From UHGV virus genome UHGV-0177678: a DNA stretch of 39,658 nt. One strand, written 5' to 3'. This DNA is from a virus. Position numbers and translations under genes: made by a program. This document shows positions 16,532 to 25,927 of this stretch, one piece after another. The notes under the pieces were generated by a model. That model worked only from the letters and a program-made list of their open reading frames with translations, was not told the DNA's origin and did not search any database. Numbering within the stretch: position 1 is the stretch's first letter; the number at the start of each line of letters is the position of its first letter.

Positions 16532-17484
16532 GCATACTCCTCGATAATGACAATACCCGAAGAACCCGCTCCACCAGCCACTGCCGTGGTGCCATTCACG
16601 TATGTGGTTGCCGCGCCTGCCCCCCCGGCACCATAACCTGTTCCAGAACCCGGCACGGAATTGTTTGTGAGTGCGTATCCACCGCCGCCGAGCACTGAGT
16701 TTCCCCCACGTCCCCCCTTTGCCGAGGATGTTGTTGTCGTTCCACCTGCCGTACCTGTTGCAAAGGACATTTGCCCCCATCCCCCCTCACCCGGAACATT
16801 CAGCAGGACACTGGAACCAGAACAATCAGCGGTTTGAGCTAAATCAGGCACCAGACTGAAAGTAGCTGTTCCCGATGCACCGTAATTTCCTCCAGCACCT
16901 CCGGGCGCGGAGATAAATGTACCGAATGATGATGCTCCACCGGATGTACCGTTCCCGCCAGCTGAACTGGTGCCAGCTGATCCAACGGTAACCGCAACTG
17001 AAGATAAAGAACTGGCATCAATCAGGCCCGTTTCACCATAAGTTCCCGCAGAGCCGCCATGCCCCGCGGCTAATGTCCCGGATGAGGTAGAGGCGGCAGC
17101 ACCACCACCAGCCCCGCCTCCACCGACGATGCGAACCCTGATTTTCTTCGTGCCCGCTGTTGGTGTATACGTTCCACTCGCAGTGAAAGTACGAACGTTC
17201 AGCAGACGACCATTTGTATTGGCTTTCAGGGCATTGAGAAAATTGGTCAGAACTACGGATGTGTTTCCGTTATCAAGAACGTCCTGGCCGGTACTGTCTG
17301 CGATGAATTGTCCGATAACGCTTGCCATCACCGTTCCCTGACGAAGGGCTTTATTCACCTGCGCACTCGCAGCTTTCCCGGACTGAAATCCTGTAAGTAG
17401 TGCGGTTAAGGCTTCCCAGTCTGCTTGCGACATGACGTTTGCGCCCGCGCCTGTAGCGAAAGGTTTGAAGTTATTTGTTGCCAT
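16528..17484 (-). CDS. Tail fibre, Gly/Ser/Thr-rich.
   Basis: Start MATNNFKPF; its ATG shares one nucleotide with the upstream TAA (TAATG). Long low-complexity GGGAGGG/SGT-rich middle section. Confidence 0.6.
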   Translation of the reverse strand: MATNNFKPFATGAGANVMSQADWEALTALLTGFQSGKAASAQVNKALRQGTVMASVIGQFIADSTGQDVLDNGNTSVVLTNFLNALKANTNGRLLNVRTFTASGTYTPTAGTKKIRVRIVGGGGAGGGAAASTSSGTLAAGHGGSAGTYGETGLIDASSLSSVAVTVGSAGTSSAGGNGTSGGASSFGTFISAPGGAGGNYGASGTATFSLVPDLAQTADCSGSSVLLNVPGEGGWGQMSFATGTAGGTTTTSSAKGGRGGNSVLGGGGYALTNNSVPGSGTGYGAGGAGAATTYVNGTTAVAGGAGSSGIVIIEEYA

Positions 17485-18164
17485 TAAAGTAATTTCCCCC
17501 ATGCTCCTACATCGAACCCGCCGATGTATTCATTGTCCAAATCAAACCCAAAGAATTTAGAGCCCTCGGATGGTGTTTCTATCGAAGGCGTTTCAACATC
17601 ACCGGCCCAGACGCCAGCAGCTTTTACAGTCAGGTAGCCCTGTTTGATAGCGGCGATCAGTTCGAGAGACACATCAGAAATATCAGTCTCGGGAAAAACC
17701 CAGACCGAAATCGTCATGTCCTGGTTGTCGACGATCTGCATCTTCAGGCCAGAGCCTGCAGTCGCAGCGTCAAGAATGGGCGGCAGGGAATCGTTGCGGC
17801 CGTCCCAGTTGTTGATAGCGATTTTTGCTTTCAGAATGATGCGGTAGGTGTCATCACTCAGCGAGGTATAACCGGAATCAGGGTCATACGGCCCTTGCCA
17901 CACACCCTGGTCATATCCAAGCCCGTCGGTGTCCCAACTGAAATAAACACCTGTAATCGGCTGGCTGATTATGCGGCTACGTCCGATCCAGAGCCCGAGG
18001 GTATCAAGCTGAACGCCTACAGCTGTGTCGATGTCAAACGCGCTAACCAGCCCCCGAGTGGCTGATGTGATGTCAATCAGCGGCCGGGTGCTCAGGTCGA
18101 TGTGATCAAAGTATTTCGGTCTGGTGGCGTGGTAGTTAGTGATTAAGTCTGTGTACTTGCTCAT
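17484..18164 (-). CDS. Baseplate protein in the Mu gp48/P2 gpI-like position.
   Basis: Sits between the J-like gene and the fibre. 226 aa. Confidence 0.5.
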   Translation of the reverse strand: MSKYTDLITNYHATRPKYFDHIDLSTRPLIDITSATRGLVSAFDIDTAVGVQLDTLGLWIGRSRIISQPITGVYFSWDTDGLGYDQGVWQGPYDPDSGYTSLSDDTYRIILKAKIAINNWDGRNDSLPPILDAATAGSGLKMQIVDNQDMTISVWVFPETDISDVSLELIAAIKQGYLTVKAAGVWAGDVETPSIETPSEGSKFFGFDLDNEYIGGFDVGAWGKLL

Positions 18165-19360
18165 GACGTCACCGTTAGAACAATGTTTTCGGGCTTACAG
18201 GACGCTGATTCGTTGTAGGCAATATTGATATTCGCCGCCGCTACAGTTCCCGCAGATTTTCCAATCAGTAGCTCCTGAATGTCGTAATAGCGTGCACTAC
18301 CACCACTCACCACGCCGAGGTTCGCCGGGGAGTAAATGCGGCTCAACAGAACAGAATCACCGATCGTCAGCCCGTTAATGTAATCCGCGACGGCCTGCTG
18401 AATCTGTACGCCAATTTGCGACGTGTAGCCTGTAAAGGCTTTCAGTGTGATATGCCCGTAAATCGGAACATCAGTCGAACGCGAAAAACTGATCACATGT
18501 GGATTGCCGTAAGTGTCCGGTACCGTGACAGAGGTCGTCCCGTAGGTCGCCGTTCCCTGCCCTTTATTACCCCGTAGAGTCTGGGCAATGTCTGTCACGT
18601 CCCCGCCGTCCACGATGGCCGATATAGAATGTGGCGGCAGCCCGTTACTATCGGTAGCGCCAGTATCATTCTCGTAGAGCTTGTGACGTGTCACGCCAGC
18701 AACGTTAGCAATCGCACCGTCAACGCCCTCAAACGGCGTGATAGAGGGTAGCGCGACGCTCTGCCCCTGCCTGATGCGCAGCTCTGCGTCGGTTTCTGCC
18801 GGTGTGCCAACGGTGGCCGCCGCCGGGTTAGTTACCGATGTCCAGCCTCGGGTCGGCGTGTTTATGGTAGTAATTGTCCCCGCCAGCGCTGCGACCGCGC
18901 CGCTGTTTGAGCAGGTGGCAGTTGCCGTCACCGTACCGTCAACGTCAATCACTACCGAGGCAGGAAGACGCCAGATCACGTTATTAGTGTCTTTAACGGT
19001 ACCGTTCGTGATAGTTGTCCCTGCGGTGCCGGTGAGCAGCAGATCCACGGTGGAGTTCGTCGCCCCTTTGCGCGCGATACCGTTAATTTTCACGTTACTG
19101 GTCAGCGCTGCGCCGTACCCGGTAGCAGGTGAGAAGCAGTTGTAAACGGTAATGGCCGTGTTATTTGCATCGTGAATAGCCAGCGCCACCAGCGCCACCA
19201 TCTGACCGTCTTTGCTGTCCGGCTCCAGATAAGCGTCACTGCCGTAAATCTGCTGGAAATAGCTTGTCAGGGTATCGAGTATCGTCTGGTAATCAGGCGC
19301 ACTGATCCCCTCAGCGGTTACCGTTGCCGATAAGCCGAGTGTGTCCAAATTGAGGGCCAT
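18161..19360 (-). CDS. Baseplate J-like protein.
   Basis: 399 aa. Position and length match Mu gp47/P2 gpJ. Confidence 0.55.
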   Translation of the reverse strand: MALNLDTLGLSATVTAEGISAPDYQTILDTLTSYFQQIYGSDAYLEPDSKDGQMVALVALAIHDANNTAITVYNCFSPATGYGAALTSNVKINGIARKGATNSTVDLLLTGTAGTTITNGTVKDTNNVIWRLPASVVIDVDGTVTATATCSNSGAVAALAGTITTINTPTRGWTSVTNPAAATVGTPAETDAELRIRQGQSVALPSITPFEGVDGAIANVAGVTRHKLYENDTGATDSNGLPPHSISAIVDGGDVTDIAQTLRGNKGQGTATYGTTSVTVPDTYGNPHVISFSRSTDVPIYGHITLKAFTGYTSQIGVQIQQAVADYINGLTIGDSVLLSRIYSPANLGVVSGGSARYYDIQELLIGKSAGTVAAANINIAYNESASCKPENIVLTVTS

Positions 19361-19714
19361 TTATGCCTCGCTGGTTACTGTCGTTGTTCCGTAGATAGTG
19401 TCGATTTCAGCGAAGAACTGGACGCGGCGCGTCGTCGTGTTCACTGTCGTATTGAAAGAGAGAATGGATTTAACGCCCCGCGTTTCGAGGATGCGCTTAC
19501 GGATCGCCAGGTTGTAGGTTTCCGGCTTCTGCTTACCGAGTACGGACTGAATCCACGGTGTCCCCTCTGTGGTGTCGAGAAACCACTGCCCATACCACAA
19601 TTCGAATCGCGTTTTCACAGCCTGCGCCACGGCCTCCGGTGAGTTAATCAGCCAGGTATCATCGCCGCTGCCAAAGGTGTAATCACCGTCGGCGTCTTCA
19701 CGTCTGTATCGCAT
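19361..19714 (-). CDS. Baseplate wedge protein (gp25/GPW-like).
   Basis: 117 aa. Sits between the spike and the J-like protein. Confidence 0.5.
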   Translation of the reverse strand: MRYRREDADGDYTFGSGDDTWLINSPEAVAQAVKTRFELWYGQWFLDTTEGTPWIQSVLGKQKPETYNLAIRKRILETRGVKSILSFNTTVNTTTRRVQFFAEIDTIYGTTTVTSEA

Positions 19715-20469
19715 CAGTTAGGCGCTCCTGTGTTACCGCCGCCGGTCTGTACTCCGCCGTGCGTATGAGTCATCAGGCTCTTACCTCCAGCTTTTACATC
19801 GTTAGTCACCGTGACAGGGCCGAGCATCGTCGCGGTACCGCCACTTTCACCCATCCCCTGAGAGAGATTCCCGTTTATTGTCACGTTGCCGTTTAGCGTG
19901 ATGGTGGGTGATGTGATCGTGGTACCTCCTTCTGCTGTCGCCGTCAGCGCGCCGGGGGTTTTAACCGTGATGTTATGGCCTGTGGCCACTTCCACAAATG
20001 CAGCGCCATCATCAGTACGCAGCTGCGCGCCACTGGTGCTTATTCCGCTTATTTTCTGCGCCTGAGACTGCGGCCCGACGATACAGAACGCATCCGATAA
20101 ATCATGCACCCGGTCGTCGACAGGCTCCTGCACCCCGCCGTTCTGCCACCAGAAATCGATGCAGCGATCGGCAAAAATCACCAGGCATTCATCGCCGGCT
20201 TTCACCGGGAACGTTAGCGTGCAGCCGCCGCCGCGCGGAAATATCACCGGCACATCCACCAGCAGCGGGTAATTTTTGGTAATGCGGTTCCCGTCGTTAT
20301 CCGTTTCAACCGAACGGATAGCAGGCTGCACAACCGCCGTCACCGCGCCGGGATCGAACGACTGAACGATGCCAGGCAAAGCGACGCGGATCTGGTTCTT
20401 TGTGGTTTCCCGCTCAGATTTGAATGTTTCGGCAAGGTCGCCGCTGCGGGTCTGGTCAGATACTGCCAT
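19714..20469 (-). CDS. Baseplate central spike (Mu gp45/gpV-like).
   Basis: ATG at 20469 preceded by GGAG (start MAVSDQTRSG). The C-terminal THTHGG resembles a spike-apex HxH metal site. Confidence 0.55.
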   Translation of the reverse strand: MAVSDQTRSGDLAETFKSERETTKNQIRVALPGIVQSFDPGAVTAVVQPAIRSVETDNDGNRITKNYPLLVDVPVIFPRGGGCTLTFPVKAGDECLVIFADRCIDFWWQNGGVQEPVDDRVHDLSDAFCIVGPQSQAQKISGISTSGAQLRTDDGAAFVEVATGHNITVKTPGALTATAEGGTTITSPTITLNGNVTINGNLSQGMGESGGTATMLGPVTVTNDVKAGGKSLMTHTHGGVQTGGGNTGAPN

Positions 20470-20480
20470 TTTGTAGGCTC

Positions 20481-20510
20481 CAGAAAGCAAAAACCCGCCG
20501 GGCGGCGGGT
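20481..20510 (-). terminator. Intrinsic terminator directly after the baseplate moron.
   Basis: ACCCGCC-gccc-GGCGGGT stem followed by UUUUUGCUUUCU on the minus strand. Confidence 0.55.
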
Positions 20511-20530
20511 CTATATGAATGGCTTTAGGT

Positions 20531-20878
20531 TTAGCCGGCTACTTTTTTACACGGGAAAGATCCGATGATTCTCGGCGCGTCCATGCTGTTCTGCAGCAGC
20601 TGGACATTCAGGAACGCTTTCCCATTGCGCTTGACGAACTCAAAGCCATAATTATTGCCATCGCGGGAAGGCATCAGGCCCATGTCAGTTTTAACGTTGT
20701 CCCAGTCATCTTTTTTGCCAAGAAACTTAATCTTCTGAGATGTTACCTGTTCACCGTTGATTTTCGTCCAACCGTTATCAGCTGCATGAAGTCGATATCC
20801 GCCGCATTGCAAATCAGCAAAAGCCGCTGAGCAGGAGAACAGTAACGAAATTGTCAGAACTAACTTCATACGCTTCAT
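20531..20878 (-). CDS. Secreted or lipoprotein moron (115 aa) inside the baseplate cluster.
   Basis: MKRMKLVLTISLLFSCSAAFA is a signal peptide with a possible LFSC lipobox or an AFA-D signal-peptidase I site. The mature part carries Cys at DLQCGG and FPCKK. GC content sits below its neighbours. ATGA overlap with the hub gene's stop. Confidence 0.6.
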   Translation of the reverse strand: MKRMKLVLTISLLFSCSAAFADLQCGGYRLHAADNGWTKINGEQVTSQKIKFLGKKDDWDNVKTDMGLMPSRDGNNYGFEFVKRNGKAFLNVQLLQNSMDAPRIIGSFPCKKVAG

Positions 20879-21942
20879 GAATAAATCCTTTGCTGCGCCG
20901 AGGACGAGAGTAAATCCGCCGCGCCACGCGCTTCACACATCATATCCATGTACCACGCTTGGCCCCTTGTGTCGCCAGTGTACATAATCCCGCGCACAAT
21001 ATAAACGCCATCCGTTGCGATGCTGGCTGGCTGCGCCGTGGTGCCGCTGAGCGTGATATTGCCGTCTGTATTCTGGTCGGTGATGCGGCCACCAGCCATC
21101 GCGATATCGTTGTTCGACAGCGCGGTGCGATAAACGGAAGCCTGATCCAGTTGAATGAGCCCGTTAACCCGGATATTCGGGTTTATCAGCGCGCGGACGT
21201 TTACGCCGTTGCCGATGGTCTGCTGCGGCATACCAATAAGTCCGGTGGCGCTGTTGAGCACAATCGCGTCGTGAACATACTCGTTATTCGCCACCATCTG
21301 CCGCTGGCCGTCCACGAACTGCCATGTTGCGCCACATTGTCCGGCCACGTTATCCATAAGATGCCGTGTCATGCCGAACAGCACCCGGCCCCGGGGGAAT
21401 ACTGTAGCAGGCATTTCAGGCGTCAGTCCTTCGGTCGCGCCTTTGGCCTCGAAGTCTTTCATCAGCGCGCGGTTCACGTCTGCGACCGTGTAACCGGCTG
21501 CCAGCGTCTGCGAGGTTATGCTGGTGGCAAAAGCCAGATCCGTATCGGCTGCCTGAATCAGGACGTAGGAATCAATGGGGCTGTCTTTACCGGTGACCGA
21601 GTAGCGTATTTCGCCGCTGAAAATCAGTCCGTAGTTCCGGCCATCACTTTGGCCCACGTCCGCCGCGTCGACTTCACGCACGGTCCCGACATCGCTTGCC
21701 GACACCTCCGGCGCGATACCATCGTAACCGGCAATCAGCCGCACTTTCGAAAACTCCTGCCCGGTGATGCGGTTCACCGTATCAGCTGACAGGTTGTAAA
21801 TTTTGAACGTTCCAACCCGCGACGCGCTGCTGATGTTGAACCAGTCGATCGTAAAGGTCACTTTAAAATCGCTGAGCTCAATACCCTGCCCGTTCTCGTC
21901 CACGAGCTGCAGCTCGAAATGCCTCATCCAGTTCTGTGACAT
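20875..21942 (-). CDS. Baseplate hub (Mu gp44/P2 gpD-like).
   Basis: 355 aa. Position between the tail proteins and the spike. Confidence 0.5.
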   Translation of the reverse strand: MSQNWMRHFELQLVDENGQGIELSDFKVTFTIDWFNISSASRVGTFKIYNLSADTVNRITGQEFSKVRLIAGYDGIAPEVSASDVGTVREVDAADVGQSDGRNYGLIFSGEIRYSVTGKDSPIDSYVLIQAADTDLAFATSITSQTLAAGYTVADVNRALMKDFEAKGATEGLTPEMPATVFPRGRVLFGMTRHLMDNVAGQCGATWQFVDGQRQMVANNEYVHDAIVLNSATGLIGMPQQTIGNGVNVRALINPNIRVNGLIQLDQASVYRTALSNNDIAMAGGRITDQNTDGNITLSGTTAQPASIATDGVYIVRGIMYTGDTRGQAWYMDMMCEARGAADLLSSSAQQRIYS

Positions 21943-21944
21943 GC

Positions 21945-22247
21945 TTACTCCGTTGATACCAGTAAATGACTGCGGACGCCCAGGTCGGTTTTCGTCGGAT
22001 AATCCTGTGTACTGTCGTCACAGACCACCACCAGCTTAAAGCCGAGGCCCATATAGGCGTACTGCGCCAGCAGGTCAGCGCCCGTGACGAGAGGAATACC
22101 GGAGATTACCGACTCCCCCCTGTCGTTCTGCAGGTCCAAAATCCAGTACAGATCGCGCCAGGTGATGTTAATCCGCCAGGTGGTACCTGCCAGAATGATG
22201 CTGAATTGCTGGTTATCCGCTGTCAGCGGGATTTCTTGAATTGCCAT
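21945..22247 (-). CDS. Small tail protein.
   Basis: 100 aa ORF between the hub and the gp43-like protein. Confidence 0.4.
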   Translation of the reverse strand: MAIQEIPLTADNQQFSIILAGTTWRINITWRDLYWILDLQNDRGESVISGIPLVTGADLLAQYAYMGLGFKLVVVCDDSTQDYPTKTDLGVRSHLLVSTE

Positions 22248-22834
22248 TAGCCGAGCCCCAGTAATGACGCCGCGTTACCCGTGATGCTTTTCAGCAGCGA
22301 GGTATTTGGCGGCTTTGTGGTTTTGTTGCCGGTATTCAATACCGCCGACGTACTGGCCCCGTCCTTCATGTTGGTTTTATCCGCGACAGTGATCTGCTGC
22401 GTCTGCGAGATAAGAACCTCCCTCAGGGTGAGGACGGCAGAGAGGACGTTTTCGGTTGTTCTGTCCGTCGTCACTTCCAGCGAGCGGATCAGCATGTTGT
22501 TGTAAATCCGCTTGCCGGTCACCACATCGAAAGGAATACGGCTCGCCTGCAGGTTAAGTATTTCCTGGTACGTTTCCTTAGGGCTCATGCCGAGTAAGTC
22601 GGTAGCAGTCAGATTGCTGGCAAAATCCAGCAACGATCCGCCACCAGCGAAACCGACCTCCATCACCACTTCAGACGGTTTTTTGTAAGCATGATCCGCG
22701 ACGGCGGCCCCAACTTCGACCGGGTGCTCTGTTATCTCCAGGGTGTCGGTGTGCTTTTCAGAAACAACCACACTGGGGATAAGCACCCCAATTCTCCTGG
22801 ATTGCTGATGAAAGAGAGTAGAGAGAATATCCAT
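22247..22834 (-). CDS. Tail protein in the Mu gp43 (DNA-circulation-like) position.
   Basis: 195 aa, immediately downstream of the tape measure gene. Confidence 0.4.
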   Translation of the reverse strand: MDILSTLFHQQSRRIGVLIPSVVVSEKHTDTLEITEHPVEVGAAVADHAYKKPSEVVMEVGFAGGGSLLDFASNLTATDLLGMSPKETYQEILNLQASRIPFDVVTGKRIYNNMLIRSLEVTTDRTTENVLSAVLTLREVLISQTQQITVADKTNMKDGASTSAVLNTGNKTTKPPNTSLLKSITGNAASLLGLG

Positions 22835-24843
22835 TAACCCACCTTCGTTTGATTGCTGCGCATAAGCTGAGCATTTGCAGACTGCTGCCGACGTTCTACC
22901 TGATTCCCCACGGAGTGCGGATCACCACCACCGTAAATGTGATAGGTGTTCTGTTGCTGAACCTGAGCCCCGGACGCGGGCATGTTGCTTAACACCTTCG
23001 GAATGTAGTTGCGGGTTTCCTGAGGCATAAGGGCCATACCGTGCTTCTGCACGTTCCCAATCCCCCAATTGTATGAGGCCAGCGCCTTGCTCAGATCTCC
23101 GCCATTCGCCTGCAGCAGCTGTGAGAGATACTTTGCGGCTGCCTGTGCGGCCTTCTCCGGGTCGAAAACATCATTCCCGCGCAGCCCCATGTCACGCGCC
23201 GTGCCGTCCATAAACTGAAACAGGCCTTTAGCGCCAGCGCCTGAAACGGCAAACTGATTACCGCCCGATTCCGTGATGGCTACGCTTCGCAGCAAACCTT
23301 CCGGAAGCCGGTAGAGCTGCTCCAGGTTGGTAAGCATCGGCTGCATCCATCCCAGCAACTCAGCGCCTGCTTTGGTTGGCTGTGGCCGCTTGACTGACTG
23401 GCCGAGCTGTTCAGGTTCATCATCACCAAACCAGCCGCGCACCGTTCGGCCCACGCTGCGAGGATCGAATCCCCAGTGCTCTTTAATCCAGTCGGCGGTA
23501 CCGTTGGCGCTGTCTGTTACCATCGGCATCGCTGACGGATTTTCGCTACCCTGATTAAGCATCTGTTTGCCGATGCTGGCGGCATCAGCCCAGCGGCCAT
23601 CTTTAATGGCATTAAGAAGGTCGGCGATCATGTTCAGCATCTTGCTGAACTCGCCCATCTGGTCGATGAAGTTGCTGAAATCCCACTTCAGGGACCATGA
23701 TTTGGGGTCAATATTGAGCAGTTTAGCCAGAGCTTTTGCCAGTTCATTAACAGATCCTTTCAGATCACGAACCATCTTCAGCGCAGCGTCGACTTCAGGT
23801 TTCCATTTCCCCCAGTCAACAAGGCTATCCCCGCCTTCCTTCCAGGTCTGATAGTCTTCCCACAGAAGGGCAATCCCGGCCGCCAGCGCCGTAATGAGGC
23901 CAATCGGCGACATCCAGAACGTACTGTTCAGTATGCGCAGCGCAATCGTCAGCGCGCCGAACAACGAGATCAGCTCCCGCGTTTGCTTGTCCAGCGATTG
24001 CCACCAGGTGATAAGGCTGGATGTTCCCTCAATTAGCCTGAAGAACAGCCGCCCGATGATGTCTCCGAGCGCCAGAATGCCTTTTATGGCTTTCGTCAGT
24101 GTCTGCTCGATGCGCGGGAAGTTATCCAGGATGTGGCGGCGCAGCGTGTCCAGCGAACCCGCCAGACCACCAGCAAGATTAGAGCCGATTTTGTCACGGG
24201 CCATGCCTGCCATCGCGCCGAACTCGCGCAGGGAGGTCATGAATTTGTTGGAGCTTCTGGCCGCCTCGTCAGCATTGAAGCCGATAGCTTTCGCCATTGC
24301 GCTGTACTGCCCGGTGAAACCGCCCACACCCCGGCGCATCGCCATGAGGGTATTTTCGTCAATACCCAGCATCTGCGCATACTGGTTAGCCCTGTAATAC
24401 GGCATGCTGCTAAGCTTCTGGCCGACGCCCGTAAAGATAGCGGCCATGTCGCGCATGTTACCGCTGGCGTCACGGGTCTGTACGCCCAGACGGTTCAGGA
24501 AACCTTCCGCTCCGGGGTTATGCCGCATAAACCGGGCGAGGCTTTCCAGAGAGGAGCGCGCCGCGTCGACGCTGCCGCCCACCTGCGAAACCGCATAGCC
24601 AATAGACTGAATCCCCTGAACCGTCGCTCCGGTGCGCTGCGACGCCCAGTAGAGATTATCCAGACCTGAGGCGATCTTAGCCGTGAAGGCCACCACGGCA
24701 AGCGCGGCACCTTCGACGGCCAATCCCATTTTAATGGCGTTTGCGGTCGTACCGGCGAGAACAGAGTCGAACTTTGACGCACCTGCTTCATCGATATCGA
24801 ATCCGAGCGAGACGAGGAAATCTTTAATAGTCTCAGCGTTCAT
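22834..24843 (-). CDS. Tail tape measure protein with a C-terminal soluble lytic transglycosylase domain.
   Basis: Start MNAETIKDF at 24843 after GGAGAGAGG. Long helical body. The C-terminal ESGGNQFAVSGAGAKGLFQFMDGTARDMGL is an SLT active-site motif. Confidence 0.7.
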   Translation of the reverse strand: MNAETIKDFLVSLGFDIDEAGASKFDSVLAGTTANAIKMGLAVEGAALAVVAFTAKIASGLDNLYWASQRTGATVQGIQSIGYAVSQVGGSVDAARSSLESLARFMRHNPGAEGFLNRLGVQTRDASGNMRDMAAIFTGVGQKLSSMPYYRANQYAQMLGIDENTLMAMRRGVGGFTGQYSAMAKAIGFNADEAARSSNKFMTSLREFGAMAGMARDKIGSNLAGGLAGSLDTLRRHILDNFPRIEQTLTKAIKGILALGDIIGRLFFRLIEGTSSLITWWQSLDKQTRELISLFGALTIALRILNSTFWMSPIGLITALAAGIALLWEDYQTWKEGGDSLVDWGKWKPEVDAALKMVRDLKGSVNELAKALAKLLNIDPKSWSLKWDFSNFIDQMGEFSKMLNMIADLLNAIKDGRWADAASIGKQMLNQGSENPSAMPMVTDSANGTADWIKEHWGFDPRSVGRTVRGWFGDDEPEQLGQSVKRPQPTKAGAELLGWMQPMLTNLEQLYRLPEGLLRSVAITESGGNQFAVSGAGAKGLFQFMDGTARDMGLRGNDVFDPEKAAQAAAKYLSQLLQANGGDLSKALASYNWGIGNVQKHGMALMPQETRNYIPKVLSNMPASGAQVQQQNTYHIYGGGDPHSVGNQVERRQQSANAQLMRSNQTKVG

Positions 24844-25078
24844 TATCCTCTCTCCATTTCTCAATACGGCGCTGGTTGTCCGCCTTAACGGCCAGGTGGT
24901 CATTCATCAGCGCGATATCGCACAGATCAACTGATCCATCCTTCAGCGCATAATATGGGATTAACCCGGCGTCCACCGGGTCAAGGAGATAAGACAGCCC
25001 GTCAGGCAGGCTGCTGAGGGTTAACCCTGAGTCTGGTCCGGCGTCGCGCTGGTAAGGCTCACGGGCAAAAAATTTCCC
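24833..25078 (-). CDS. Minus-one frameshift extension of the tail chaperone (gpGT/E+E'-like fusion product).
   Basis: Minus-strand GGGAAATTTTTTG (plus 25066-25078) holds two overlapping heptamers, G_GGA_AAT and T_TTT_TTG. The -1 frame then stays open for about 80 codons, ...LTLSSLPDGLSYLLDPVDAGLIPYYALKDGSVDLCDIALMNDHLAVKADNQRRIEKWREDNER, with its stop overlapping the tape measure start. Confidence 0.45.
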   Translation of the reverse strand, partial: GKFFAREPYQRDAGPDSGLTLSSLPDGLSYLLDPVDAGLIPYYALKDGSVDLCDIALMNDHLAVKADNQRRIEKWREDNER

Positions 25079-25473
25079 AGCGAATCGGCGACCACCCGCG
25101 CCACCAGCTGCAGCATGATCAGGAGATTGATGTCATCAAACATCAACTCACCGCTGTTGAAAACAGGCGTCCAGACCGTCCCGTTTTTTCGGGCCACAAC
25201 CGCCAGGCAAGGATGAATTATCGCGTTGGTGTCTTCCTCTTTCATCGAGGCCAGTTCGTCAGCGATACGCGGCAGCAGCGTTTCAAATACCGGCTTAAGC
25301 TCATCAAATTTTTTGGAGTCAACCTTACCGTCTGCTGGCAGCAGGGAGCGAATGCTCCCGAAGTCAGCCATCATCCCTGCGAGGAGCGGCAGTAGTTTGC
25401 GTGTAACCTTAAGCTGATCAAACACGTTGAGTTTTGCGGCGCGGTATTCCACGCCATTAATATTGCATTCCAT
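25021..25473 (-). CDS. Tail assembly chaperone (gpG/E-like).
   Basis: 150 aa, sitting between the tube and the tape measure. Contains a canonical slippery site near its 3' end. Confidence 0.55.
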   Translation of the reverse strand: MECNINGVEYRAAKLNVFDQLKVTRKLLPLLAGMMADFGSIRSLLPADGKVDSKKFDELKPVFETLLPRIADELASMKEEDTNAIIHPCLAVVARKNGTVWTPVFNSGELMFDDINLLIMLQLVARVVADSLGNFLPVSLTSATPDQTQG

Positions 25474-25476
25474 CTG

Positions 25477-25917
25477 TTAGAACTCCCCGAGAACTTCGTC
25501 AATCTTGCCGCAATCAAATACCCAGGCGACCGTCCCGGCTACCTTCGGGTTATTCCAGTCAGGCTGTTTCTGGAAAGCGCAGGAGCGCGCCGTACCGATA
25601 TCACCGGACACCCTGTTACGCACGACGATCACGTTATTTCCCCACAGCGCTGACGACATGCGCTGCGCGTTGTACATGATGGAAAGTTTTTTGTTCAGAG
25701 GGGATGTTTTAAGCAGGGTGACGGTAATAACGCCACTATTGCCGCCGTGGAGGCTGTGCATCACTTCACCGTCAGAACCGATGGTCATCGTGTTTTTTGC
25801 CTCGGTCATCGTGACCGTGATCCCCTCTTCGGAGTTGGCAGAACCAGCCCCAAGATCTAATGAACCTGTCGGCCCGGAAAGAGAAGCCGAAATATCAAGA
25901 AAAGAGTAAGCACCCAT
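25477..25917 (-). CDS. Tail tube protein (DUF3277-like).
   Basis: 146 aa, immediately after the sheath gene. Confidence 0.55.
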   Translation of the reverse strand: MGAYSFLDISASLSGPTGSLDLGAGSANSEEGITVTMTEAKNTMTIGSDGEVMHSLHGGNSGVITVTLLKTSPLNKKLSIMYNAQRMSSALWGNNVIVVRNRVSGDIGTARSCAFQKQPDWNNPKVAGTVAWVFDCGKIDEVLGEF

Positions 25918-25927
25918 TCGATTCTCC

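Noticed and set aside
16532-16780. Long N-terminal extension of the fibre assembly ORF (ORF-track start 16780).
   Set aside because: It lies inside the fibre coding region in another frame. The family-typical start MMSIYALIKDG at 16531 overlaps the fibre stop.
20959-21789. 276-aa plus-strand ORF.
   Set aside because: Antisense to the baseplate hub gene inside a uniformly minus-strand late operon. Arg/His/Cys-rich composition typical of a shadow ORF.
23894-24669. Plus-strand ORFs of 167 and 178 aa inside the tape measure region.
   Set aside because: Antisense to the tape measure gene, whose SLT motif and long helical body identify the real coding strand.
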